DNA of 37,691 nucleotides, taken from assembly GCA_016839945.1 (NCBI GenBank), contig JAEOTE010000054.1, positions 1 through 37,691 on the forward strand. The letters run 5' to 3'. A model generated the notes under the pieces. The model worked only from the letters and a program-made list of their open reading frames with translations. It was not told the origin of the DNA and did no database searches. Within the stretch, counting starts at the first letter, position 1; each line of letters opens with the position of its first letter. The translations under genes were made by a program, and so were the position numbers. This stretch comes from Candidatus Heimdallarchaeota archaeon (GTDB taxonomy: Archaea; Asgardarchaeota; Heimdallarchaeia; Heimdallarchaeales; Heimdallarchaeaceae). Of this stretch, positions 1-9,781 are shown piece after piece.

Positions 1-1
1 A

Positions 2-664
2 AATAAAGAATGGCAGATATTTAAACAGTCAATTGATATGGAGAAAATTCTAAGAATTGATACAAAAACATTGACAGCCCATGAATTTAAAGGAAATTCA
101 TTCATCTCACATGTAAGAATTGCTACACATGGGAATGTTTCCTATGATAATACTCATCCTTTTGACAGAGAGTTGTATGACAAAATGTGGGTATTTGCAC
201 ACCATGGACGTTTACGCATTTATCGTCAGATTATTGATAGCTTTGAAGTATTCAAACCAACTGGGGACACTGATTCAGAAGCTGCATTCTGCTCAATTCT
301 GGAAGACATTCGCATTTTAGGACGAAAAGATGAAGGAAAAGAATTAGCGCAAGTGATAGAAAAAAGAGCAATTGAGCTTTCCAAACAAGGGGGAATAAAT
401 TTTCTTCTTTCAAATGGGGATATTATGTACGCATTTTATTCAGGGTATAAGTCTCTATATTATACGACACTAAGACCACCGTTTGAGGAGTACATAAAAG
501 CAGAAGATTATCAAGTTAAATTTTCATTAAAAACTGTAGATCTTGAAAGCCCAATCACTATCTTATCCTCCGCTATTTTAAACAAAGATTTAGATTGGAA
601 AGAATTTGATCAACGAACTCTTTATGTTTTCAAAAATGGAGAAAGAGTAAAGCATGTTTACTAA
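2..664 (+). CDS. Class II glutamine amidotransferase (YafJ/EgtC-like, GATase_4), 5' truncated by the window edge
   Basis: Motifs 'ISHVRIATHG', 'NTHPF', 'FAHHG', 'GDTDSEAAF'. The frame is open from base 2 (NKEWQIFKQSIDM...), so the true start lies upstream of the window. Confidence 0.85.
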   Translation, partial: NKEWQIFKQSIDMEKILRIDTKTLTAHEFKGNSFISHVRIATHGNVSYDNTHPFDRELYDKMWVFAHHGRLRIYRQIIDSFEVFKPTGDTDSEAAFCSILEDIRILGRKDEGKELAQVIEKRAIELSKQGGINFLLSNGDIMYAFYSGYKSLYYTTLRPPFEEYIKAEDYQVKFSLKTVDLESPITILSSAILNKDLDWKEFDQRTLYVFKNGERVKHVY

Positions 665-666
665 TT

Positions 667-1530
667 TCAATCTTCTATTTTCAAATATTTTCTAACAAAC
701 TTAGTCATTTCAGCTGAATGAGTTGCTTTGTTAGTTTCCATCTCAAAATACTCTGAATTTTTAATTCTATCATGTATTTGTTTTGATAATTGGGCAGTAT
801 GCATTTTATCAGTTTCCATACCAAGAACAACAACTTTGTTGTCCATTTTTTCATATAAATCCCAAATTTTTATGAAGCAAGTTCTTTTTGCAACTGCTCT
901 CCATTTCTTAGGATTAGCCTCTTCTAAGACACGGATATATTTCGCTGCCTGTGCAGGATCTTCACTTTTGAATTTCCTAACCCACCATCTCCAGATAGGT
1001 TTTGTAAAATAAAACAAAAAAGTAGGCAAAACATGCATTATATAGCGGGTTGTTGGTGGCATATTGAATTGATATACAGGACCTATAAGGAATGTTATTA
1101 AGGGATCCAGTTTTTTATTTGCCAAAACATCTGCTATTATTAGAGTACTGTAGGAAGAAGTGATAACTGCTAATTTCTCTTGGGGAATTTTTAGATACTC
1201 AACTACTTCTTTGATATCTGAACCCATTCTATCTAAATCGTTTTTTAGTCGCTTTCCTTTCGCAGGTCTGAAAGATCCTTTCTCTCTGCTTTCAATATAA
1301 AGAATGTTGAAGTCTTTGCTAGCTTCCATCAACATATCATCCCAACCAGGAACAACTGTTCCCCAACCTGGAATTAATAAAAATGTGTAACCATTGAATG
1401 TATTTTTTTCAGCTTTAGTTTGTAAGATTTTCACTTCTGAACCATCTGACATTTGAATATAGCTTTCTTCTGCTATTTTCTCATATTCAGTAACCATGTA
1501 TTCACTCAAAGCGCTAGTTGATTTAGTCAT
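667..1530 (-). CDS. Alpha/beta hydrolase fold protein
   Basis: 'LLIPGWG' oxyanion region, 'TSSYS' nucleophile-elbow-like motif, C-terminal D and H. Shares the 'YIESREK.S' motif with the 4997-5956 paralog. Confidence 0.75.
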   Translation of the reverse strand: MTKSTSALSEYMVTEYEKIAEESYIQMSDGSEVKILQTKAEKNTFNGYTFLLIPGWGTVVPGWDDMLMEASKDFNILYIESREKGSFRPAKGKRLKNDLDRMGSDIKEVVEYLKIPQEKLAVITSSYSTLIIADVLANKKLDPLITFLIGPVYQFNMPPTTRYIMHVLPTFLFYFTKPIWRWWVRKFKSEDPAQAAKYIRVLEEANPKKWRAVAKRTCFIKIWDLYEKMDNKVVVLGMETDKMHTAQLSKQIHDRIKNSEYFEMETNKATHSAEMTKFVRKYLKIED

Positions 1531-1638
1531 CTCTGAAGCGAAAACAGAATTTTACTTTAAAATAATTGTTGTATGAGTGTTATTTAAATGAAATTATTAA
1601 GAAATTGGCATCTAGAAGTCTAATACTCACAGAATATT

Positions 1639-3225
1639 TCAGGATTCTTCTTTCCTAATGATTTCTCTTTTCTTAACTTCTTTTGGAGGTTCAGGCATTT
1701 CCTTAATTTCGGATAATTTTTTTTCTGTTTCCACTTTTCGGTAAAATGATTTGGAAAGCTTGATTTTTCTTAAAGTTTCTTTAATTTCTTCATTAGATTT
1801 TCTTTGATACTCACCCCAATCTTCTGAATAAATTCCTTGTTTTTTAGCAAGATCTACCTCAAAGTTTTCCAAAATTTGTTTTGTATTAAAAACTGACATT
1901 TTGTTAACAATATATACACAATTATCAATAATCTTCCATATTAAAGTTCGAATTTTCTCACTTAATGTCTCTTTATCTACATTTTGGACAAGAGTGTCAG
2001 TTAAATTTGTTATTGTTTGTTTTAGTGATTTTAGGGTCTGTTTATCCAGATATTCTGGAATATTTGAAGCAATTAAATTAGTTTCAGAAAGAGTTCGAGT
2101 AAGTTGTCCTTCTAAAAGAACTGTGCTCTTTGCAAATTTTCTGACTTCAAATCTCTTAACAAGGCTTTGAAGTGCTTTAGTAGAATTTCTTACGTCAATT
2201 TTGGTTTCGTTTTGGAAGTAAGCTAATATCTTCTTGTTTATTGATACACTCTCTTTGACAAATTTATCGGAATATTTCTGGCTTGTGAGTTCATTAAGAG
2301 CTTTTTCTACTATACTTAATATCTCAACATCTTTATTTTCCAATTTCATGAGAAAATAGGCTAATTCTAGCTGCGAATAATATGGAGCTGTTTCTATCTC
2401 ACTTTTAAATAATTTCTCAACTTCTTTCTTTATTTCTACATCAATTTGATCAAGTGCATCAGATGTATCGAGTAGATGCAAAAATCTAAGTAGATCTGTT
2501 AAACTTAATTCCTCTGATACTTTTTTGTCGCTAATAATTTCAAGTATAATTTCGCTAATCATTACATTACTTGATAGATGTTCAGAACCAAGAATAGACC
2601 ATAAATCAGACAACATAGCTAATTTATTCATCTGATCTTCATCTTCCTCAAAATGTCTAAGAAATCTTTCAACAAGTAATATCTCGTGAGAATATATCTG
2701 TCTAAAAGGTTGATATTTATTCAAGACTTTGGGAAGTTCTGGAGAGTAATGGCCATCACTTACATATTCATTGATTTGTGCTTCTGATTTCTCATTACCA
2801 CTCAAATAGCTCTCGAAAAGTTTTTCACTCATCTCAATTGGTACTTCTGAACCGGTTATTTGTGCTTCATATAGAATGCTAGTTGATAGCTTAATGATTA
2901 ATCCTTCAATCCTATCAATCTTATTAATTATGACATCATGATCTTTTGATAGCTTTTGAACTCCCTTTAAAATCATGATATCAATTTCTTTACCTTTAAC
3001 TCCATATGGTCCAAGTTCTTCCTTAAGAATTTCTCTAAATTCTTCTAAATTCTCTGCTGTAACTAGTTCTTCCTCTATATCTTTGTTGAGTTTCTTCTTG
3101 AATTTACTTTTTATTCTTTTGTAAAGGAAATCAGCAGCTGATTGTCCTCCTAAACGTTTAACCATTTCAACAAGAATACCTAATATGAATGTTCCAACAG
3201 TTATAGGGATGAACATAACTTTCAA
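1639..3225 (-). CDS. Hypothetical, mostly alpha-helical protein with a hydrophobic N-terminus
   Basis: 528-aa ORF, E/K/L/I-rich, no recognised catalytic motif. The start may be the ATG at 3216. Confidence 0.6.
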   Translation of the reverse strand: MKVMFIPITVGTFILGILVEMVKRLGGQSAADFLYKRIKSKFKKKLNKDIEEELVTAENLEEFREILKEELGPYGVKGKEIDIMILKGVQKLSKDHDVIINKIDRIEGLIIKLSTSILYEAQITGSEVPIEMSEKLFESYLSGNEKSEAQINEYVSDGHYSPELPKVLNKYQPFRQIYSHEILLVERFLRHFEEDEDQMNKLAMLSDLWSILGSEHLSSNVMISEIILEIISDKKVSEELSLTDLLRFLHLLDTSDALDQIDVEIKKEVEKLFKSEIETAPYYSQLELAYFLMKLENKDVEILSIVEKALNELTSQKYSDKFVKESVSINKKILAYFQNETKIDVRNSTKALQSLVKRFEVRKFAKSTVLLEGQLTRTLSETNLIASNIPEYLDKQTLKSLKQTITNLTDTLVQNVDKETLSEKIRTLIWKIIDNCVYIVNKMSVFNTKQILENFEVDLAKKQGIYSEDWGEYQRKSNEEIKETLRKIKLSKSFYRKVETEKKLSEIKEMPEPPKEVKKREIIRKEES

Positions 3226-3268
3226 TAGAAATACTAAGTTAATGATATTTAATTTTGTTTAAAGTATT

Positions 3269-3290
3269 AAAAAAAAAGAAAAAAAAGAGA
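3269..3290 (-). terminator. Oligo-T archaeal terminator
   Basis: A-tract on + (T-tract on -) immediately after the stop of 3295-4350. Confidence 0.5.
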
Positions 3291-3294
3291 ATAC

Positions 3295-4350
3295 TTAGGA
3301 AATTCTTAATTGTTCTTCTGAGAAACCTTTGAACTCCAATCTGATTATTTTAGATATTTCTGTAATCATTCCTATTGCTGTTGCTACACATACAAAAACA
3401 ACTCCAATTAATATGTAAAGTCCAATGTCTGCTCCAGGGAATGAAGTTAATAGTGGATCTTTGAGTATAGCAGTGTTATATTGTAGCTGTAGGAATAGAG
3501 CTATGATTAAGCTTTGAGGAACCAAATACAATCCTAAGAATAACTGTTGAAGTCGAAGATGATCTCCAATCAAAGCTTGAGAAAATCTAATGAAACCTGA
3601 AATAACCAGTATTCCTCCAAAATATCTTATCCATGGAACAAGAAGTGTCATATCAAAGACATAGTAGGGTGTATAGTTAAAGAATGGGAAGAATATCAGT
3701 AGAAAACCAAAACTCAATCCCAAAATCCCTTCAATAAGAAAACCACCTTGACTTGAAATTACTCGTTTTGGTTTCTTTGGTTTAGCAGGTTTCTTAATTT
3801 TTGGTTCTTTTATTGCTGTAATCCTTTCTACTCTAAGATCTTTAGGTAGAAAACCATGCATAGACAATTGAACAAATACTAAGCTTATTGCTGCAAATCC
3901 TATTGCAAAGCCAGTAAACATTCCTTCAAACATTTGTGCTATAACTTGTCCAGCTTGACCTTTTCCAACAGTAAATGCCATTGTTATTAAGTTCACAAAG
4001 AAAACAAGAACACCAACTATTATCAATGATTTATAGTACCAAGGCCATAATTCTTCAGTGATATAGAATTTTGGTTTACCTCGTTTTCTGTACTCTTTAG
4101 CAATCTTACGGGGATTACCCATTTGATCAATTGCCTCTCGTACATGTTGTACTTGGGGGTCTTCACTCTGGGCAAGTTCTGATGCCTTATCCCAAATGTG
4201 ACTTTCTAATTCCTCTAGAACATCCTTTAGTTCTTCAGCATTAGTCTTTAACCAAATTGGTAGTTTTTTGGTTACTTCATCTAAGAATTGTTTTACTAAC
4301 AAGAACTCATCAATAAGTTCATCATCACTAATTCTTTTACTCATTTTCAT
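3295..4350 (-). CDS. HAAS-domain multi-pass membrane protein (PadR partner)
   Basis: N-terminal 'FLDEVTKKLP...DVLEELESHI...MGNPRKIAKEY' matches the HAAS pattern. It is followed by several TM helices and lies 4 bp downstream of padR. Confidence 0.75.
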   Translation of the reverse strand: MKMSKRISDDELIDEFLLVKQFLDEVTKKLPIWLKTNAEELKDVLEELESHIWDKASELAQSEDPQVQHVREAIDQMGNPRKIAKEYRKRGKPKFYITEELWPWYYKSLIIVGVLVFFVNLITMAFTVGKGQAGQVIAQMFEGMFTGFAIGFAAISLVFVQLSMHGFLPKDLRVERITAIKEPKIKKPAKPKKPKRVISSQGGFLIEGILGLSFGFLLIFFPFFNYTPYYVFDMTLLVPWIRYFGGILVISGFIRFSQALIGDHLRLQQLFLGLYLVPQSLIIALFLQLQYNTAILKDPLLTSFPGADIGLYILIGVVFVCVATAIGMITEISKIIRLEFKGFSEEQLRIS

Positions 4351-4354
4351 TACC

Positions 4355-4876
4355 TCACTTTGCTAATCCTTCTATATTGAGTCCGCATATGTTGCAGAAC
4401 TTGATATCCTCCTCTTGTGGAATTTTATTTGCACAATTGGGGCAATACAAAAATTTCTTTTCAGGAAGTTTAACTTCTACTTCCATTAGAGGGGAAATTG
4501 CTTCAAGAAGCTTGGAAAAGAATCCCATCATGTGATTGTATAATCTGATTCCTTCCTCTGTTAATTTGTAATATTTGCGAGGACGACCACCGGATTCTTT
4601 CCTTTCTGATGTCAATAATCCGTCTCTCTCCAGTTTTCTAAGAATTGGATAAAGTGTGCCTTCCTCTATTACTAATATCTTCTTTGTTTCAGCTTCTAGT
4701 TCTTTTAACAACTGATATCCATATATCCCGTCTTTAAGATGACGTTTAACAATAGATAATGCAGACAAGGTAGAAATACCACGTAGTAACTCTGATTCAA
4801 AACTCTCAACATAGGATCGGAATTGTTCTGAGCCAATCAAGGCTTCAGGACGGTATGTTTTTATGTTTCTGAACAC
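4355..4876 (-). CDS. PadR-family transcriptional regulator with C-terminal zinc ribbon
   Basis: 'YGYQLLKEL...EGTLYPILRKLERDGLL...RPRKYYKLTEEG', plus CPNC...CNIC. Confidence 0.9.
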   Translation of the reverse strand: MFRNIKTYRPEALIGSEQFRSYVESFESELLRGISTLSALSIVKRHLKDGIYGYQLLKELEAETKKILVIEEGTLYPILRKLERDGLLTSERKESGGRPRKYYKLTEEGIRLYNHMMGFFSKLLEAISPLMEVEVKLPEKKFLYCPNCANKIPQEEDIKFCNICGLNIEGLAK

Positions 4877-4918
4877 TTTTTTTCACCTTTTTATTGTGTG
4901 TAATTTACCTTTCTACCA

Positions 4919-4939
4919 ATACTATAACACATATAGTAT
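4919..4939. promoter_or_regulatory. Inverted repeat ATACTATA-N5-TATAGTAT, probable PadR autoregulatory operator
   Basis: Perfect 8-bp arms 43-63 bp upstream of padR, overlapping a minus-strand TATA-like CTTATATA. Confidence 0.6.
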
Positions 4940-4996
4940 ATAAGCCTTACCATATACGATTTAGTTTAATTAACATAGATTAAAGTCTCTCTACTC

Positions 4997-5956
4997 TCAA
5001 TCTAAAGGAATTTCAAAAATTTTTAAAGGAGGGGGAATTGAGTCAATATCTTCAAAACTTGAAAAGATATTTGCTATGATTCCAAAGAAATGTTCTCTTT
5101 CTTCGTCTGATACTCCTGTTATTAAAAGCTTACAATTTGGAATTGATTTTACATAGTGATAATATTCTTCACTTTTATGTAAATTATCTGCAGGACCATG
5201 GCAGATTACAACATTATTTTTGATTTTTGGCAACTCATTGATAATGTTAAAATCTCTAATATGCATTGAACTCTTCCTAAACTTCCAAGGTTCAGCTTCC
5301 TTGATGAAAATCAGAATTTTATCTCTTTGAGTGACATTCTTAGGGTCAGGTAAGAAAGTATGAGCTAAAATCATTCTTATTATCCCTAAAACAAATGGAG
5401 GAGTTATAGGATTAATAACATAAGTGAGAAATTTAGCGTAATCCCATCTTATTATTGGATCATAGAGAATTGAAACATCTGGGTTGAAGTAATTATTAAT
5501 CAATCCTTGTAGAATCATAGCTCCACCGTAACTTGATCCTGCAATGTTATACTTTCTCTTATCAATTTCAATATGTTCTAAGACAACCTTAATGTCTTTA
5601 GCTAGCTGATCAATCTTGAAATTCGCTTTTCTTCCTCTCTCAATTCGACTAGATTTTTTTTCTCTTGATTCTATAAAATAATATTCTGTTGTGTTATGAT
5701 TTGGTATGTGAAAATCTTTCCATATTTGAGGTGGACTAAAAAAACCAGAGACAAATACAAAGGGTTTCTTTACAGTTGGTTTTTCAGGTTTATAGTGGAA
5801 AACTCTAATCTCTCCTCCTTCTACAGGGACATAGAAACTCTCACTTACTCCCTCCTCATAAAAAACTGGTACATCTTTTTTTCCTTTATCTAATAAATCT
5901 CTTACAGCTTTTTTTTGTTCATTAGATAGTTCAAATATGTTATTTTCTGATGACAT
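4997..5956 (-). CDS. Alpha/beta hydrolase
   Basis: 'FVSGFF', 'GSSYGG' nucleophile elbow, 'ICHGPAD'. Paralog of 667-1530. Confidence 0.8.
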   Translation of the reverse strand: MSSENNIFELSNEQKKAVRDLLDKGKKDVPVFYEEGVSESFYVPVEGGEIRVFHYKPEKPTVKKPFVFVSGFFSPPQIWKDFHIPNHNTTEYYFIESREKKSSRIERGRKANFKIDQLAKDIKVVLEHIEIDKRKYNIAGSSYGGAMILQGLINNYFNPDVSILYDPIIRWDYAKFLTYVINPITPPFVLGIIRMILAHTFLPDPKNVTQRDKILIFIKEAEPWKFRKSSMHIRDFNIINELPKIKNNVVICHGPADNLHKSEEYYHYVKSIPNCKLLITGVSDEEREHFFGIIANIFSSFEDIDSIPPPLKIFEIPLD

Positions 5957-6604
5957 TTAATCATCCCCTGGATAACACAATTTCCAATCTGGATGGAATG
6001 AATGAATCATTTCCATTATCTCTTTATATCCCTCTTCGGAAAAATATTTCTTTGGACAGCTTCTTTCCCCTTCTTCTATTACTTCAAAATGAATATGAGC
6101 TCCTTCATCTGCAAGTAGAAATCTTGCTATTTCTTGTCCTTGCTCAACCCAGTCCCCTTTTTTAACTTTGATCATCTGAAGTTGCATCTCTAAATCCTTT
6201 TCATTGTGTGACCACGATTCAAAACTATAATTTAAGACTACAGTTAAATTGTATCGAATATTAATGCCAACTTTGTACCTCCTTTCACCATCAAATTCTC
6301 GCCAATTTGATGCAATAATTCTGCCAGGAGCAGCAGCATTTACCCTTGAATTATTCTTGAGATAATAATGAATTCCTTGATGTTTAAATCCCCAGGGGCA
6401 ACTATTTGAATCACTATATCCTACATCAAATGCATAAACATCAGACCTATTTTCATAAATTACGTCCATATAATTAAGATGATTTGAAAGATAACGATCA
6501 CCTGGATTGAAAGTTATTCTATCCCAGAATAGATATAATATTGTTGCTCCAGAACTTACTCCTGCTATAAGTACAATGATTAGAATCACTTTGAGTTTTC
6601 CCAT
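5957..6604 (-). CDS. M23-family metallopeptidase-like, N-terminal membrane anchor (copy B)
   Basis: 'HQGIH' (HxxxD variant), 'VKKGDWVEQGQEIA', 'AHIHFE'. The start was moved to ATG 6604 by alignment with the paralog's MGKLKVIL. Confidence 0.75.
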   Translation of the reverse strand: MGKLKVILIIVLIAGVSSGATILYLFWDRITFNPGDRYLSNHLNYMDVIYENRSDVYAFDVGYSDSNSCPWGFKHQGIHYYLKNNSRVNAAAPGRIIASNWREFDGERRYKVGINIRYNLTVVLNYSFESWSHNEKDLEMQLQMIKVKKGDWVEQGQEIARFLLADEGAHIHFEVIEEGERSCPKKYFSEEGYKEIMEMIHSFHPDWKLCYPGDD

Positions 6605-6606
6605 GT

Positions 6607-7260
6607 TTAACCATCTTCTGGATAGCACAATTCCCATCCTGGATTATATGAATGTATCATCTCCATTATCTCAGTATATCCCGATGTGGAGAAATATTTT
6701 TGGGGGCAGCTCCTTTCTCCTCCTTCAATAACATCAAAATGAATATGTGCCCCTCCATTAACATATAGAAATCTTGCAATTTCTTGCCCTATTTCTACCC
6801 AGTCTCCAACCTGTACCTTGAACATAGCAAGTTGTTTATCTTTGTCGACTTCTGTTGTAGTCCAGGGTTCAAAATTATATCCAATTTCTACAGTTTTATT
6901 GAATCTGATCCAAATTCTGGCATGGAATCTATTCTCTACTCCCTCTCCATAATCTTTCCATTCTATCTTTTCTACTCTTCCAGGTGTTGCAGCAAGAACT
7001 TTAGTATTGTTAAGTAGGAAGTAATCTATTCCTTGATGTTTAAATCCCCAGGGGCAACTATCAGTCTCACTATAACCTTCATTAAAAGCATAAATATCAG
7101 ACCTGTTTTCATAAATCACATCCATATAATTAAGATGATTTGAAGGATAACGATTTCCGGCATTGAAGGTCAACTTACCCCAAAAGAAATAAAGAGCAGT
7201 AGCACCAACACCAGCACCTACTATTAGTAAGATAATTAAGATTACCTTGAGCTTTCCCAT
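6607..7260 (-). CDS. M23-family metallopeptidase, N-terminal membrane anchor (copy A)
   Basis: Canonical 'HQGID' and 'AHIHFD' zinc motifs, 'VLAATPGRV', 'VQVGDWVEIGQEIA'. Confidence 0.8.
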   Translation of the reverse strand: MGKLKVILIILLIVGAGVGATALYFFWGKLTFNAGNRYPSNHLNYMDVIYENRSDIYAFNEGYSETDSCPWGFKHQGIDYFLLNNTKVLAATPGRVEKIEWKDYGEGVENRFHARIWIRFNKTVEIGYNFEPWTTTEVDKDKQLAMFKVQVGDWVEIGQEIARFLYVNGGAHIHFDVIEGGERSCPQKYFSTSGYTEIMEMIHSYNPGWELCYPEDG

Positions 7261-7293
7261 TACTATGCATATTAGAAAGATGGTTTAAAAGTT

Positions 7294-8193
7294 TTAAGCA
7301 TAGAATTTCTGAAGGTCATCTACAATGGCTTTTATTATGTTCCTGTCAGAAAAATAGCAAGCATGACTCATAGGGTTCCAACCTTTTAGAATACCTCCAG
7401 AGAAAACCTCTTTATCAATAATCATTGGATATTCGTTCTTTCTAGCATTCTCACATCTTTTAGCATATTCTTCGTTAATAACACCTATTGGATAGGCTAT
7501 ATAATCGCTTTTGTTGTAGAAATTCACCCATTTATTAACTTCAATTGGTTTTCCAAACTTTGGGTTAGAGAATAGAAGAGTTACTAAAGGTAAAGGATTT
7601 CCTAATGTATAAAGAAATCTCAGTGTTTCTCCTCTTTCTAATGGGGTTTTTGTTTCCTTAAAGGAAGCAGTATTTCTAGAATCTTGAAGATATGATAGAA
7701 AATAGTAGGTAATAATAGCTCCTAAACTATGAGCAAACATTATCAGATTAACATTACCTCCTAATTCTGAAGCATGTTTCTTAAGCTCATCTAGAAACTT
7801 AGTATTAACCTTTTCAAACAGAGACTCATTGTTTTCTTTGTATAACAAGTACATTATAGGATAGCCAAAACAATCAAATAGAAAGGATTTAACTCCACTC
7901 CAACCAGGAACAGATTTCTTAAAGAAGATCGATTTTTTCTGATTTCTAGCTCCCATCTCATACTTCTCTTTCAATTCCTCTAAAGTAGGATCCATGAACT
8001 CAGACCATTTCAAGTCCTTAACAACCACTTTATCCTTAAGATATTCAATTTTGTTGACTTGTTTTAGTAGTTTATTTTTACACTTAGCAAACTCTTGATC
8101 AAAATATGTATATTCTAGGTCATTGGTATCCTGATTGAATTCTTTTATCATTACACCATGAGTAACTAAAATCAATGTTTTTTCATTGTTCAT
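7294..8193 (-). CDS. Lipase-like alpha/beta hydrolase
   Basis: 'LVTHG', 'AHSLG' elbow, 'YTLGNPL', 'WVNFYNKSD', 'SHACY'. Confidence 0.7.
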   Translation of the reverse strand: MNNEKTLILVTHGVMIKEFNQDTNDLEYTYFDQEFAKCKNKLLKQVNKIEYLKDKVVVKDLKWSEFMDPTLEELKEKYEMGARNQKKSIFFKKSVPGWSGVKSFLFDCFGYPIMYLLYKENNESLFEKVNTKFLDELKKHASELGGNVNLIMFAHSLGAIITYYFLSYLQDSRNTASFKETKTPLERGETLRFLYTLGNPLPLVTLLFSNPKFGKPIEVNKWVNFYNKSDYIAYPIGVINEEYAKRCENARKNEYPMIIDKEVFSGGILKGWNPMSHACYFSDRNIIKAIVDDLQKFYA

Positions 8194-8321
8194 GTTTTAC
8201 CACTCTCTTAAGAAAAACACATTAAAAACTATTTTCAAACTTAAAAATATTGTTGAAACTTCGATACCCTAAAATATTTTAGATTGTGTTCCGTATGTTT
8301 CTTATCTATAGGTGAAAATTC

Positions 8322-8786
8322 ATGAATGACAAAGAAAAAATAGAGTTTTTTGTTAACCAGATTAATTTAGAAAAAGAAATTGTAGAAGCTGCAGAAAGTT
8401 CAATTAAAGATGTTAAGAATGAATTAGTTAGAGAATTGATTCTTGCGATTGCACTTGATTCGAAAAAACATGCAGGAATGCTAAATGCTCTTTTAACAAT
8501 AACTTCCTCTGTTCAACCTTTCATAGAAGAAGAAAAACTAGATGAGCTTTCAGAGAACATTGAAAAACATATTGAACTTGAAGCTAAAGCAATTGAAACC
8601 TATAAAGAAATACTTCCAGAATTAGAAAATGATCAAGAAAAAATAGTTATACAAGCCATATTAAGTGATGAGTTACGGCATCATGCTCTATTAAAAAGAA
8701 TCCTTACATCTATAAAAGAAAGAGAAGCTTTAACTCAAGAAGATTTCTGGGATTCAATAAAGGATGATTTCATTCCTCAATATTAG
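8322..8786 (+). CDS. Ferritin/rubrerythrin-like four-helix diiron protein
   Basis: Two repeated halves with E...'DSKKH' and E...'DELRH' motifs. AGGTGA RBS upstream. Confidence 0.75.
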   Translation: MNDKEKIEFFVNQINLEKEIVEAAESSIKDVKNELVRELILAIALDSKKHAGMLNALLTITSSVQPFIEEEKLDELSENIEKHIELEAKAIETYKEILPELENDQEKIVIQAILSDELRHHALLKRILTSIKEREALTQEDFWDSIKDDFIPQY

Positions 8787-8844
8787 CTTTTTTTTCGAAT
8801 TCCCAACATTTATTAGTGTAATTGGTGTCTAAAAGATTGATTCT

Positions 8845-9717
8845 ATGAAAATGAAAGAGATAGGAACAAGAGGTTTACTATTTTCTTTTGATAATCCATA
8901 CAAGACCAATATTTATGTAATAAATGGCGAGAAATTCGTTTTTATTTGTGATACGTTCCTTGGACCTGATCCCATGAATGAGGTTATTAAAGAACTCAAG
9001 AAAAAAGGTTTTCTTCCTAAACCTGTAATAGTATTTAATTCTCATCATGACTATGACCACATTTGGGGAAACCAATGTTTCAAAGATTCTATAATAATGT
9101 CTCACGAAATGTGTTTAAATAAAATCGAAGATATCGGAGAAAAAGATTTAGAAGATTATAAAGATCATCAAAAAGGTGATGTTCAACTTACTTTACCTAA
9201 TGTGGTTTTTAAAGATAAGGTATTTTTTGAAGAAGAAGGAGTAGAGTTTTATCATACACCTGGACATACTGAAGACTCAGCTTCGTGTTTCGATCATATT
9301 GATGAAGTTTTGTTCGTAGGAGACAATCTTGAAACTCCTCTACCTTATATACGTATATTAGATATACCTGAATACATAGCTACACTAGAAGAATATCTGG
9401 AAAGGGAACCCGTTATTATACTGTCAGGACATGATGATATAATGTTTACAAATGAATTTCTTCAGCAAAATCTTAACTATTTGAAAGAATTTCAAGAGGA
9501 ATCTGTTGATAAAACTAATTTTACTCAGAAACATAAAGGAATACACTTTATGAATCTCCAACACATAGGGGAACTACTTAAAGAAAGAGGAGATATGATG
9601 GGAGCATTATCATATTATGAAGAAGCTCTAAATATACTGAAAGAGATTGAAAGTAGTCCCCAGATAGAGACTAAGAAGGAGGAGTTAAAGAAAATTATAG
9701 GGGAATTAAAAAAATAA
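8845..9717 (+). CDS. Metallo-beta-lactamase fold hydrolase with C-terminal TPR-like helices
   Basis: 'SHHDYDHIWGN', 'TPGHTEDS', 'GD', 'SGH'. The C-terminus 'GDMMGALSYYEEALNI' is TPR-like. Confidence 0.85.
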   Translation: MKMKEIGTRGLLFSFDNPYKTNIYVINGEKFVFICDTFLGPDPMNEVIKELKKKGFLPKPVIVFNSHHDYDHIWGNQCFKDSIIMSHEMCLNKIEDIGEKDLEDYKDHQKGDVQLTLPNVVFKDKVFFEEEGVEFYHTPGHTEDSASCFDHIDEVLFVGDNLETPLPYIRILDIPEYIATLEEYLEREPVIILSGHDDIMFTNEFLQQNLNYLKEFQEESVDKTNFTQKHKGIHFMNLQHIGELLKERGDMMGALSYYEEALNILKEIESSPQIETKKEELKKIIGELKK

Positions 9718-9781
9718 TTGATTAAAACTACTATTGAATTAAGTTTTTCGCACAAAAGTTTTAAAAATACCATGTTCAAGA

